40,625 bases of DNA from Polyangia bacterium (GTDB taxonomy: Bacteria > Myxococcota_A > Polyangia > Fen-1088), in assembly GCA_035577105.1 (NCBI GenBank), contig DATLVT010000603.1:1-40625 (forward strand). Reading direction: 5' to 3'. Below are positions 1 to 8,188 of this stretch, one piece after another (the stretch's first letter is position 1; every line of letters begins with the position of its first letter). The notes below the pieces were generated by a model that saw only the letters and a program-made list of their open reading frames with translations, had not been told where the DNA came from and searched no databases. Both the position numbers and the translations under genes were made by a program.

Positions 1-1
1 C

Positions 2-466
2 CAGCTGATGGGCGCCAATCACAAGGTGCGGAACTTCTACAATAACATTATTTCGCCAAACAGCTTAAATGGAGACGTGACGATCGACACGCACGCCATC
101 GCGGCGGCGCATCTGCGTCCGCTCGCCGGTGGCGATAACGAGGTGAAGATCGGGCTGGGACTAAGCCCTGGCTCGGGGAACGCCGCGACCGGTTCGAAGG
201 GTCTTTATGGCGCCTACGCCGAGGCTTATCGGCAGGCGGCGGCGCGGCTCGGCATTCTGCCGCGCGAGCTGCAGTCGATCACCTGGGAGGGCGTCCGGGG
301 CCTCTATTCGGACGTGCAGAAGCGTAACAAGCCGTTCACCGACACCATCAACGGATTTTGGAACCAACACGGCAATGGAGAGATCAGTGCCAACGACGCG
401 AGGGACGCCAGCGTCCGAGCAGCTGGAGGAATTGACCCGCCTGAGTGGTGGCGACCCGGTTCTTAA
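2..466 (+). CDS. 3' part of a phage protein whose start lies upstream of the window; function unknown
   Basis: The frame is open from base 2. Third-position GC is high until about 400. Stop TAA at 464-466. Confidence 0.5.
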   Translation, partial: QLMGANHKVRNFYNNIISPNSLNGDVTIDTHAIAAAHLRPLAGGDNEVKIGLGLSPGSGNAATGSKGLYGAYAEAYRQAAARLGILPRELQSITWEGVRGLYSDVQKRNKPFTDTINGFWNQHGNGEISANDARDASVRAAGGIDPPEWWRPGS

Positions 467-611
467 GGGGTTGCTGGCCCGTGGCGGGCCGGTCACGCGC
501 GAGCGTTACATCAACAACGCCTATGGCGCCGACGTGCCCGACCCGTGGACGGCGGAGCATGAGCTGGAGATCCCCGGGCCGCTGCAGGATCATACCAAGG
601 TCACCGGCTGA
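375..611 (+). CDS. Small hypothetical protein; start uncertain (ATG 375, or GTG 387 preceded by GGAGAG at 377-382)
   Basis: Third-position GC favours this frame from about 411 onward. Its stop TGA (609-611) overlaps the ATG of the next gene. Confidence 0.5.
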   Translation: MERSVPTTRGTPASEQLEELTRLSGGDPVLKGLLARGGPVTRERYINNAYGADVPDPWTAEHELEIPGPLQDHTKVTG

Positions 612-1738
612 TGTCTGAAAGCACGGGCGCACCGGCCGGCGCACCGGCCCCCGCCGCCCCGGCGGAGTCCAGCCCGGCGCCGATCACCCAGACACCGATC
701 TCCGTCTCCGACGCGGCGCGCATCATGGCGCAGCGCTCGCGCGAGGCGGCGGGCGCGGCGGCGGCACCCACGCCGGTTGACACCGCCCGGCGGCCGTCGG
801 CCAATGAAATGCGGGCGGCGCCGGCAAACCCCTCCGCCGCTCCCGCGCCGCCAGCTCCGGTTCAGCAGGCCCCACCCGCACCAGCCGGGCTGGCGGCGAT
901 GGAGGCGGCCCTCGGGCTGCCCGGCGGCGGCCCGCCGCCCGGGGCGTCACCAGAGTCCACACCATCGCCCCCGTCCGACCCGATGGGCGGCGTCGAGATC
1001 GACGGTCGCCGCTACACGACGGCGGAACTGCGCGAACAGGTGCTGAAAGCCGCCGACTACACCCGGAAGACCCAGGAGCTGGCGGCGCAGCGGCAGACGT
1101 TTGAGCAGCAGGCGGCCCAGGTGCGGGCGCAGCAGCAGGCGCTGGCCACGGTGCTGCCGCTGATCCAGCCCGAGCTGGCCAGACTGGCGGAAACCGTTCA
1201 GCAGCCGGTCGCGCGGCCGGATCTGGCGCTGCTGGAGACGAACCCGCAGCAATACCTGCGCGAGCAGGCGGCGTTCGAACACGCGGTCGCCGAGCAGCAG
1301 CGGCTGGCCTCGCTGAACGGCGTGCAGGCCGAGGCGCAGGCCCGCGCGCTCGAGCAACAGGTGGCCGCCGGCAACGAGCAGCTGTCCCGCGAGCTGCCGT
1401 TCTGGGGCGATCCGCAGCAGCGGCTGGCGGTGCAGCAGCAGATCGTCGAATGGGCGACGACGAAGGGCGGCTATTCCCGTGACGAGCTGCGCGGCCTCGC
1501 CTCCCCGCACCATCTCAAGGCGATGATGAAAGCGGCCTTGTTCGACCGTTGGGTGGACAGCGCCAAATCAGCGGCACCGCGTGAAACCGTCGCGGTGGCG
1601 CGTGGCATGGCCCCACCCCCGGCCCCGTCCGAGCGGGTGCAGGCAGCCACGGCGGCGTTTGAGGCGAAAGCCGATTTCCGCACCGGCGCGGCCTTGTTGG
1701 CGGCGCGTCGCGCGGCGACGAACGGTCAGGCGCGTTAG
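611..1738 (+). CDS. Putative scaffolding protein
   Basis: Ala/Pro-rich N-terminus, then a long Ala/Gln/Glu-rich helical, coiled-coil-like region (AAQRQTFEQQAAQVRAQQQALA...). It lies upstream of the major capsid gene. Confidence 0.55.
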   Translation: MSESTGAPAGAPAPAAPAESSPAPITQTPISVSDAARIMAQRSREAAGAAAAPTPVDTARRPSANEMRAAPANPSAAPAPPAPVQQAPPAPAGLAAMEAALGLPGGGPPPGASPESTPSPPSDPMGGVEIDGRRYTTAELREQVLKAADYTRKTQELAAQRQTFEQQAAQVRAQQQALATVLPLIQPELARLAETVQQPVARPDLALLETNPQQYLREQAAFEHAVAEQQRLASLNGVQAEAQARALEQQVAAGNEQLSRELPFWGDPQQRLAVQQQIVEWATTKGGYSRDELRGLASPHHLKAMMKAALFDRWVDSAKSAAPRETVAVARGMAPPPAPSERVQAATAAFEAKADFRTGAALLAARRAATNGQAR

Positions 1739-1767
1739 CGTCGCCGGCGCGCTGAGCGCCGGCGACG
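1739..1767. terminator. Perfect 12-bp GC-rich hairpin between convergent genes
   Basis: CGTCGCCGGCGC, 5-nt loop gctga, GCGCCGGCGACG. It sits between the scaffold stop (1738) and the stop of the antisense gene (1774). No U-tract. Confidence 0.45.
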
Positions 1768-1773
1768 GGACGG

Positions 1774-2307
1774 TTATCGCGGCTGCGGGACGGGCGGCAG
1801 CCCCTGGTCGGGGTATACCGGTGACGACGGCAGTCCCTGGTCGGGGTATGGCTGGTTACCTGGCAGCCCCTGGTCCGGGTGCGGCTGGCTGCCCGGCAGA
1901 TCGTGGCCCGGGCTGAGCGACGGGTCGACCACGGTATAGCCGATCACCTGCAGCCCGCCGGCCGCGCTGATCGCGCAGATCGCGACGAGGAGCTTTTGCG
2001 ACGGCAGGCCATGGTCGGGGCGGCCGTGCCCCGGCAGCCCCTGGTCGGGATGCCCGTGGACCGGCGGCAACCCCTGGTCGGGCCGCTCGGGCCGCACCGG
2101 CGGCCAGATGCTGCCCGGGGGCATTCCGAAATCCGGTGGCAGCGGCGTCGGCGGCCAGATGCCGACCGGCGGTGGCCAGATCCCCGGCGGCGGTGGTGGC
2201 ATCACGATGGGGTGGCCGGGGGTCCCGGGCGGTGTCGGGAGCGTGTTGTCGGGTCCACCGGGGACGACGATGTAGCTGCCGGCGGGGACGGGGAAGGAGG
2301 AGGCCAT
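1774..2307 (-). CDS. Proline-rich repeat protein with one central transmembrane segment (moron-like, antisense to the late operon)
   Basis: ATG at 2307 is preceded by an AAAGGA Shine-Dalgarno. 177 aa. Repeats are IWPP x3 and (H/Y)PDQGLP x6. Hydrophobic stretch LLVAICAISAAGGLQVIGYTVV. High third-position GC. Confidence 0.6.
   Translation of the reverse strand: MASSFPVPAGSYIVVPGGPDNTLPTPPGTPGHPIVMPPPPPGIWPPPVGIWPPTPLPPDFGMPPGSIWPPVRPERPDQGLPPVHGHPDQGLPGHGRPDHGLPSQKLLVAICAISAAGGLQVIGYTVVDPSLSPGHDLPGSQPHPDQGLPGNQPYPDQGLPSSPVYPDQGLPPVPQPR
1796..2083 (-). repeat. Six copies of an 18-nt coding motif, GGCA(G/A)(C/T/G)CC(C/A)TGGTC(G/C)GG(G/A/C) on the + strand
   Basis: Copies at 1796, 1829, 1862, 2003, 2033 and 2066. 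Each encodes PDQGLP-type units of the antisense gene. They form two clusters flanking the TM-coding segment. Confidence 0.8.
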
Positions 2308-2544
2308 GGCGGTCCTTTCAGGTTGAAAGCGCACCCGGTCTGGCATGTTCGCGCCGCTTTGTCGCGATCCCCTCTGGACAAAAAGTGGTGGATGTCTCGA
2401 TAGTGACACCGTCGCCCGATGGAGTCCCAACGGACCAACCGGAGAGCGGGCCGTGCCGTCGCCTGGATGATCACGCGCCGCCGGGAGTCCTCGGGACCAA
2501 CCCGGCATCAGCCGTGACCGACCCATCGCGAAACCCATGATCTG

Positions 2545-2561
2545 GTTTCACCGCGTGAAAC
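2545..2561. promoter_or_regulatory. Perfect 7-3-7 inverted repeat GTTTCAC-CGC-GTGAAAC upstream of the capsid gene
   Basis: Read directly. It lies in a 280-bp non-coding gap, 26-47 nt before the candidate capsid start codons. Confidence 0.3.
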
Positions 2562-2586
2562 GCCCTCGACCGGCGTTCCTTCACGC

Positions 2587-3591
2587 ATGCGATGGAGTAA
2601 CGAGCAAATGGCTCTTGGCTCACAGGGCGCCGCGCCAGCCAATACTTATATGGAAACCGCCGCCGTCGGGGTGCGTGAAGATCTCGCTGATGTGATCTAT
2701 AGAATAGATCCAGAAGAATGCCCCCTTGTTAGTGCCTGTTCTCGGGTTTCCGCGAACCAGGTGCTTACCGAGTGGCTGGTTCAGGAGCTGAACGCAGCCT
2801 CCGATAACGCTCAGCCCGAGGGCTTCACCGCGTCCATGCAGGCGGTCGTCAAGCCCGTCAGGCTGAATAATGTTTGCCAGATCATGGCCCGCACGGTGGG
2901 CGTGTCGAACACGCTCCGCAGCGTCGACATGGTCGGCGGCGAGGACGAGTACAACCGCCAGCTCGTGTTGCGCGGCATGGAGATCAAGCGCGACCTTGAG
3001 CTTGCCATCACGTCGCCGCTGGTCCGCACGATCACCGATCCGCGTCATATGTCGGGGCTGCCCTGTTACATCATCAACGGCTCGCGTGGCGCCGGCGCCG
3101 GCGCGATGCCGGTCGGTGACGGTTCCAACGCCGGCACGGCGGGGACACTGCGCGATCTGACGCTGGCGATGGTCGACGCGGCCACGCAGCAGTGCTGGCA
3201 GGCCGGCGGCAAGCCGACGCTCGGCATCATGTCCGGCAACGTGAAAGCGTATTTCTCGACACTTTCGCAAGGCGGCACGGGCAACGCGGTGGTGGCGCAG
3301 AACATCCAGAACGTCACCAGCGCCGAGTCCGTGACGATCATGGGCGCGGTGGACGTGTATCGGACCAATTTCGGAACGATCCAGCTGGCCCCCGATCGGT
3401 TCTGCCCGGCGCATCAGATCCTGCTGGTGTCGACGGATTACGTCGAACTGGCGCCGCTGCCGGGACGTGACATCGTGCAGCAGGACTACGCGGTCACCGG
3501 CGACAACAGCCAGGGCGGCGTGGTGTTCGAAGGCTGCATCAGGCCGACCGCGCCGAAATCGCACGCCTGGATCGCGGATCTGAACCAGTAG
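2587..3591 (+). CDS. Major capsid protein (DUF5309 / SU10-type HK97-fold family); alternative start ATG 2608
   Basis: N-terminal signature REDLADVIYRIDPEECPLVS...VLTEWLVQEL matches the REDL.D.I..I.P..TP..S...HEW pattern of this family. Size and position after the scaffold gene fit. GGAG at 2594-2597 favours the 2608 start. Confidence 0.85.
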   Translation: MRWSNEQMALGSQGAAPANTYMETAAVGVREDLADVIYRIDPEECPLVSACSRVSANQVLTEWLVQELNAASDNAQPEGFTASMQAVVKPVRLNNVCQIMARTVGVSNTLRSVDMVGGEDEYNRQLVLRGMEIKRDLELAITSPLVRTITDPRHMSGLPCYIINGSRGAGAGAMPVGDGSNAGTAGTLRDLTLAMVDAATQQCWQAGGKPTLGIMSGNVKAYFSTLSQGGTGNAVVAQNIQNVTSAESVTIMGAVDVYRTNFGTIQLAPDRFCPAHQILLVSTDYVELAPLPGRDIVQQDYAVTGDNSQGGVVFEGCIRPTAPKSHAWIADLNQ

Positions 3592-3592
3592 C

Positions 3593-3904
3593 ATGGGCGC
3601 GCTGCTTTATGAGCGGTTCGACCCGGTCACCGGTCGCTATACCGAGATCGAAACGGACGCCGAGGCCGGGCTGCTGATCACCCACAGCCAGGACACCCGT
3701 CCGATCGTGGAAAGCGCCAGGACGATCGCGGCGAACTTCGATCCGCTCGTGCGTCGCGACACGATCCATGTCGCGCGCATCCCGGTGGTGATCTGGCGAC
3801 AGCTGCAGAAGCTCGGGATCGCGCAGGACGAAAAGCGGCTGAACGCGTGGCTGAACGAGCGAGATAATTCCGTATTCAGAACGGACGACAGGAGTGTACT
3901 CTGA
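3593..3904 (+). CDS. Hypothetical head-module protein
   Basis: Starts 2 nt after the capsid stop. Ordinary amino-acid composition. Its stop overlaps the next ATG. Confidence 0.6.
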   Translation: MGALLYERFDPVTGRYTEIETDAEAGLLITHSQDTRPIVESARTIAANFDPLVRRDTIHVARIPVVIWRQLQKLGIAQDEKRLNAWLNERDNSVFRTDDRSVL

Positions 3905-4398
3905 TGGCTCTCGCGACAACCTCGACCCCGACCTCGGCGCCGGGCATGGCGCCCACCCCGGGTGTCGCCATGCAGTCCCCGGCGCCGCTGCCCTCGACCA
4001 GTACGGCACCGCTGCCGCCGACGCTCCATGACGATATCGACCCGGTGCTGTTGCTGCGGCTCTACCCCGACAGCAGCGGCGAGGAAGCCCGCGCCGCCGC
4101 CATCGCGGCCGGCGAGGAGCGCGCCGCGCAAAGCGAGGACGTGATCGCCTCGCAGAACGAACCGGTGGTCATCGAGGGTGACGGCAGCACCCCCGAGGAG
4201 CGCGATGCCCGGGCGCGCGAGGCCAGGACCCGCCCCGCGGCTGGCGCCAGGGCGGCGAGGCCGGGGGTGAACAACCCGCCCAACATGGTGACCCCCGGGG
4301 CGCCGCAGCCGCCATACCCGCCCTCGCAGCCGTTGCAGCAGACACAGTACTCGCAGCAGCAGTCGCAGCAGTCGCAGCAGTCGCCCCGGCAGCGGTAA
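3904..4398 (+). CDS. Low-complexity Pro/Ala/Gln-rich hypothetical virion protein
   Basis: High third-position GC throughout. C-terminal (SQQ)n tract encoded by a 9-nt tandem repeat (tcgcagcag). Confidence 0.55.
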   Translation: MALATTSTPTSAPGMAPTPGVAMQSPAPLPSTSTAPLPPTLHDDIDPVLLLRLYPDSSGEEARAAAIAAGEERAAQSEDVIASQNEPVVIEGDGSTPEERDARAREARTRPAAGARAARPGVNNPPNMVTPGAPQPPYPPSQPLQQTQYSQQQSQQSQQSPRQR

Positions 4399-4407
4399 TC
4401 CCATCGC

Positions 4408-5070
4408 TTGGCCTCCTACCAGCAGCTGCAGGACGATGTCGCGGGCTGGCTGAACCGCCGCGACATCGCGTCCCGTATCCCCGCCTGGGTCCTCATGGTC
4501 GAGACGGAGATCGCCGAGACGTTGCGCGCCCGTTGCATGGTCACGTCGGGCATCCAGCCGATCGACGCGCCCTACATCACGCTGCCGGTTGACTTCGCGC
4601 AGATGGAAAGCATCCGCGACGCGACGTCGGGTGAGCTGCTGGAGCTGAAGGATGAGTGGTCGGGGCACTGGACCTCGCCCTACAGCGACGCGTGGCGCGA
4701 CGGCGCGCTGGTGGTCACCACGCGGGCCTGCACGCAGTATCGTCTGGTGCATGATTGCATCGAGTTCCTGCCGCATCCGGTGATTCCCGATCCGCCCGAC
4801 CCGGCATGGAAACCGCAACAGGTGCTGATGGGCTGGTATGCGAAGCCGAAACCGCTGCTGCTGCCGTCCGATACCAATTCGGTGCTGGAGAACCTCTACG
4901 CGGTCTATCTGTTCGGCGTGTGCAAATATGGCGCGATGTTTGAACTGGACGACGATCGCGCGCAGCAGATGGACGCGGCGTGGCAGCAGACGGTGACAAG
5001 GGCGAACCTTTGGAAGCAACAATCAGACTACGGCGGCGCGCCGTTGCGGGCTGAGCTGGTGAGCTTCTGA
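4408..5070 (+). CDS. Hypothetical virion protein, possibly head-tail adaptor or completion protein (TTG start)
   Basis: N-terminus YQQLQDDVAGWLNRRD resembles adaptor-type phage proteins. It lies between the head genes and the fibre genes. Confidence 0.5.
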   Translation: MASYQQLQDDVAGWLNRRDIASRIPAWVLMVETEIAETLRARCMVTSGIQPIDAPYITLPVDFAQMESIRDATSGELLELKDEWSGHWTSPYSDAWRDGALVVTTRACTQYRLVHDCIEFLPHPVIPDPPDPAWKPQQVLMGWYAKPKPLLLPSDTNSVLENLYAVYLFGVCKYGAMFELDDDRAQQMDAAWQQTVTRANLWKQQSDYGGAPLRAELVSF

Positions 5071-7754
5071 TGCCCATCGTCCTCACCCGCGCCAGCAAGC
5101 AGGAAGCCCGCTACAAGGCGCTGGGCGGGGTCGAGCATTGTTCCCGTTGCCGGTTCTTCATGCCGCAGGGCACCTGCGGGCGCATCATCGGGCCGGTTTC
5201 GCCGGAAGGCTGGTGCAGGTTCTATTCGCGCGAGATGGTGCAGCGGTGGTCCAATCCCGGCTATGCCGGCGGCGGGGCCGCGCCGCCGACGCAGGATTTC
5301 GACTTCACGCAAGGCGTCATGCCGCCCGCTATCACGTTCACGCGCGGCTCGTCAGCCACGTATTTTGATAACGCCGGGGTAATGCGGACGGCCGGTAACG
5401 GCGTGCCCAGGTTCGATTACGACCCCGGAACACTGGTGCTGCGTGGTCTGCTGATGGAAGAGCCGCGCACCAACTCAATTCGCAACTCAATGATGACCGG
5501 CGCGGTCCCAGGCTCGCCCGGCACGCTGCCGACGAACTGGGGCCTGCAGCAGACCGGCGGACTGACATGGAGCGTGATCGGCACGGGCGTCGAGTCCGGT
5601 ATCACGTATATCGACGTGCGCCTGACCGGAACGACGACGAATAACACGCCGTCGTTCATTCATTTCGAGCCGAATACGACGCCGTGGGCCGCGTCGGTCG
5701 GTCAGATCTGGGCTTCAAGCTTCTACGTTCGTCTGGTCGGCGGATCGCTGTCGGGCCTGACCCAGATGTCGCCGCTGCTGTTCGAAACGCCATCCAACGC
5801 GCAACATGCCTCGCCCCCGGTCTGGCCGACCAACGCGCCGCTGAACGTGCAGCGCGTGTCGCTGAACTACACGCTGGCGACGGCGGGCACGACGGGTGCG
5901 TCCCTGTCGTTCAAGGTCAACGTGACGGGCAGCGGGGTCGCGGTCGACGCGACGTTTCGCATCGGCGCCCCGCAGGCGGAGCTGGGCCAGTCACCGAGTA
6001 GCTTCATCGCGACGACGAACGGCGTGGTGACGCGACCGCAGGATGTCGCCGCCGTGCCGGCCGGCGCGTGGCTCAGCCCGACGACGCACACGCTGGAAGC
6101 GGACTATCAGGTGCCGTTCGCGTCGCTGACAGCGGGCGTGACGAACGCCGCCGCCGCGCTGGACGATGGAACATTCAGCAATCAATATGTCTTGCGCTGC
6201 GCCCCGGGCGGCCAGATGGTCGCGGCGGCGTTTTCCGCGAACGCGCTGGTCAGCAACATGGTTGGCGCCGCTTATTACGCCAACGTCACGCAGAAGCTCA
6301 TCAGCACGTTCGACAGCGCGGGCCTCGCCGGAACCGGCGTCGTGAACGGAGCCACTCCCGCTCCGTTCACCTTCACCGCCGCGCCGATCGGGCTTTCGCG
6401 GCTCGTCATCGGCTCTGGCCGCTCGAGCGTGCTGAACGGCTGGGTGCGCCGCGTGCGCTACTGGCCACGGTTGCTTTCGAACGCGGAACTGGTTCAGGCG
6501 ACCCCGGGTGAAGCCTACACGGTGGATTTCACCATCAACGGCGAGATCCCCCCGGGGATCAACACGACGCGAAACTCAATCGCGTCGTATTTCGACAGCA
6601 CCGGAACGATGCAGACCGTGCCGGTCCATACACCGCGCCAGGACTTCGATCCGACAACGCTGGCGATGCGCGGTCTGCTCGTGGAGGAGACGCGGACCAA
6701 CAGCATCCTCAACAGCACGATGGTCGGCGTCGTCGCGGGCACGCCGGGCACTGATCCCACCGGATGGACCGTGGGCGTTGGTGGCACCGGTCTGACGAGA
6801 CAGATCGTCGGCACCGGTGTCGATCGCGGTATCGCCTACGTGGACTATCGTTTCACCGCCCCAACAACGGTGGCGGGGAACATGACGTTTGTCTTCACGG
6901 GCGCGCAGGCCGCCGGGGTCGCGGCGGCGGCGGGCCAGGTGTGGACGCAATCGCTCTATATCGCCCTGGCCGGCGGCACGATGCCGCCAAACACGGGAGC
7001 GCTGCACCGGCTGAACCAGTGGGATGCGACGCCCGCCAATCTCGGCGCGATCACCGGCCCGGGCGCGTCAATCCCGACGACGGCGCCGCTCGCCACGCAA
7101 CGTCAGCGCGGCGTGTTCCCGGCGCTGGCGGCGAACTGCGCGTGGATACAGCCGTTCTGGTTGCTGGGCATCGCCGCTTCCGCGTCGCCCGTTGATTTCA
7201 CGCTCCGCGTCGGCGCGCCGCAGCTGGAACTCGGTGCGTTCGCGACGTCGTTCATTCCGACGACGAACGCCACGGTCACCCGGATCAACGACATCGTCAC
7301 TTACACAAACGCGCCGATCAACGCCGCCGCCGGGTCGCTCGTGGCGGAGGTGTTCCTGCCGCAGGTGCCGACAGCGAACAACAACATCGAGTTCGCGTTC
7401 ATCGACCAGGGTTCTACGACCGATTGCATGGGCCTGCGTCAGGCCGGCTTCGCTGGTCAGGCGACGATCACCTTCTGGGTCGGTAACGTGAACCAGATGT
7501 CGCAGAGCATGGGCACCGCGCTCAACGCCAACGCGGTCAACAAGGTCGGTCTGACCTATGATCGGACCAGTCTGGCGGTCACCGGCTCATCGAATGGCTC
7601 GGCGCCGATCGCCGGCACGTCAGCCGCGTTGCCGTCACCCACGCGGATGACGTTCGGCTCGGGACGGAACACTCTCATCAACGGCCATGTCCGTAAGATC
7701 ACGTACTGGCCACGCGCGTTGACCGACGCCGAGTTGCGACAGGCGACGACATGA
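5070..7754 (+). CDS. Tail fibre or host-specificity protein: N-terminal Cys4 module plus two tandem LamG / concanavalin-like modules
   Basis: 894 aa. Two modules of about 400 aa share ...YFD..G.M.T......PR.D(Y/F)DP.TL..RGLL.EE.RTNSI.NS...G...G.PGT.PT.W... and end in LNG(W/H)VR(R/K).(R/T)YWPR.L(S/T).AEL.QAT. Confidence 0.8.
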   Translation: MPIVLTRASKQEARYKALGGVEHCSRCRFFMPQGTCGRIIGPVSPEGWCRFYSREMVQRWSNPGYAGGGAAPPTQDFDFTQGVMPPAITFTRGSSATYFDNAGVMRTAGNGVPRFDYDPGTLVLRGLLMEEPRTNSIRNSMMTGAVPGSPGTLPTNWGLQQTGGLTWSVIGTGVESGITYIDVRLTGTTTNNTPSFIHFEPNTTPWAASVGQIWASSFYVRLVGGSLSGLTQMSPLLFETPSNAQHASPPVWPTNAPLNVQRVSLNYTLATAGTTGASLSFKVNVTGSGVAVDATFRIGAPQAELGQSPSSFIATTNGVVTRPQDVAAVPAGAWLSPTTHTLEADYQVPFASLTAGVTNAAAALDDGTFSNQYVLRCAPGGQMVAAAFSANALVSNMVGAAYYANVTQKLISTFDSAGLAGTGVVNGATPAPFTFTAAPIGLSRLVIGSGRSSVLNGWVRRVRYWPRLLSNAELVQATPGEAYTVDFTINGEIPPGINTTRNSIASYFDSTGTMQTVPVHTPRQDFDPTTLAMRGLLVEETRTNSILNSTMVGVVAGTPGTDPTGWTVGVGGTGLTRQIVGTGVDRGIAYVDYRFTAPTTVAGNMTFVFTGAQAAGVAAAAGQVWTQSLYIALAGGTMPPNTGALHRLNQWDATPANLGAITGPGASIPTTAPLATQRQRGVFPALAANCAWIQPFWLLGIAASASPVDFTLRVGAPQLELGAFATSFIPTTNATVTRINDIVTYTNAPINAAAGSLVAEVFLPQVPTANNNIEFAFIDQGSTTDCMGLRQAGFAGQATITFWVGNVNQMSQSMGTALNANAVNKVGLTYDRTSLAVTGSSNGSAPIAGTSAALPSPTRMTFGSGRNTLINGHVRKITYWPRALTDAELRQATT

Positions 7755-7767
7755 GCGAGGACGTCTG

Positions 7768-8187
7768 ATGCCCGGCAGCGCCACCTCCTACCTGCGTCAG
7801 ATGGTGCTTGGGCACACGCTCGGCTTCCTCGGCTACGCGATGCCGCAACCGGCCTTCGTCGGGCTTTGCACGACCGCCCCGAGCGGCACGGCGACCGGCG
7901 TCGAGGTTGTCGGCGGCGGCTACACGCGCCAACAGGGTGCCTACGGCATGGTAGCCGGGCGCAACGATCTGGCGGCCAACACGGCGACGATCGAATGGGC
8001 GCCGGCGACGGCGACCTGGGGCGTGATCGGCTGGTTTGAGCTGTGGGACGCGCTGACCGGCGGTAACCGGCTCTATTGGGGGCCTCTGGTCGATCCGGTC
8101 GACGGCGTGACGCCGATCACCCGGCAGATCCTGACGGGTGACATTATGCGGATGTCCGCCGGCGCGCTGATCGTCCAGGCGATCTGA
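7768..8187 (+). CDS. Small fibre-associated virion protein
   Basis: GAGGA Shine-Dalgarno before the ATG. The pattern GLCTTAP...G.EV.GGGY.RQ...N...I.W resembles a common phage minor-tail/fibre-adaptor family. Confidence 0.6.
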   Translation: MPGSATSYLRQMVLGHTLGFLGYAMPQPAFVGLCTTAPSGTATGVEVVGGGYTRQQGAYGMVAGRNDLAANTATIEWAPATATWGVIGWFELWDALTGGNRLYWGPLVDPVDGVTPITRQILTGDIMRMSAGALIVQAI

Positions 8188-8188
8188 C

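Noticed and set aside
1796-2083. Regularly recurring 18-nt repeats, considered as a possible CRISPR-like or intergenic repeat array
   Set aside because: Spacing is irregular, the repeats are imperfect, and they are in frame with and encode the PDQGLP units of the minus-strand gene. This is a coding tandem repeat, not a CRISPR array.
3637-5022. 461-aa minus-strand ORF antisense to the head genes. The same applies to 10535-11836 (-), 16238-18379 (-), 18623-20326 (-), 22063-23346 (+) and 25317-26321 (+).
   Set aside because: These are typical long shadow ORFs of GC-rich DNA. Their translations are Arg/Gly/Pro/His-rich, they have no Shine-Dalgarno, their third-position GC is poor, and each lies fully antisense to a gene with recognisable motifs.
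5292-7754. The duplicated fibre modules, considered as template and variable repeats of a diversity-generating retroelement
   Set aside because: No reverse transcriptase is present in the window. The copies are about 1.2 kb long and diverged throughout, rather than near-identical with adenine-specific differences.
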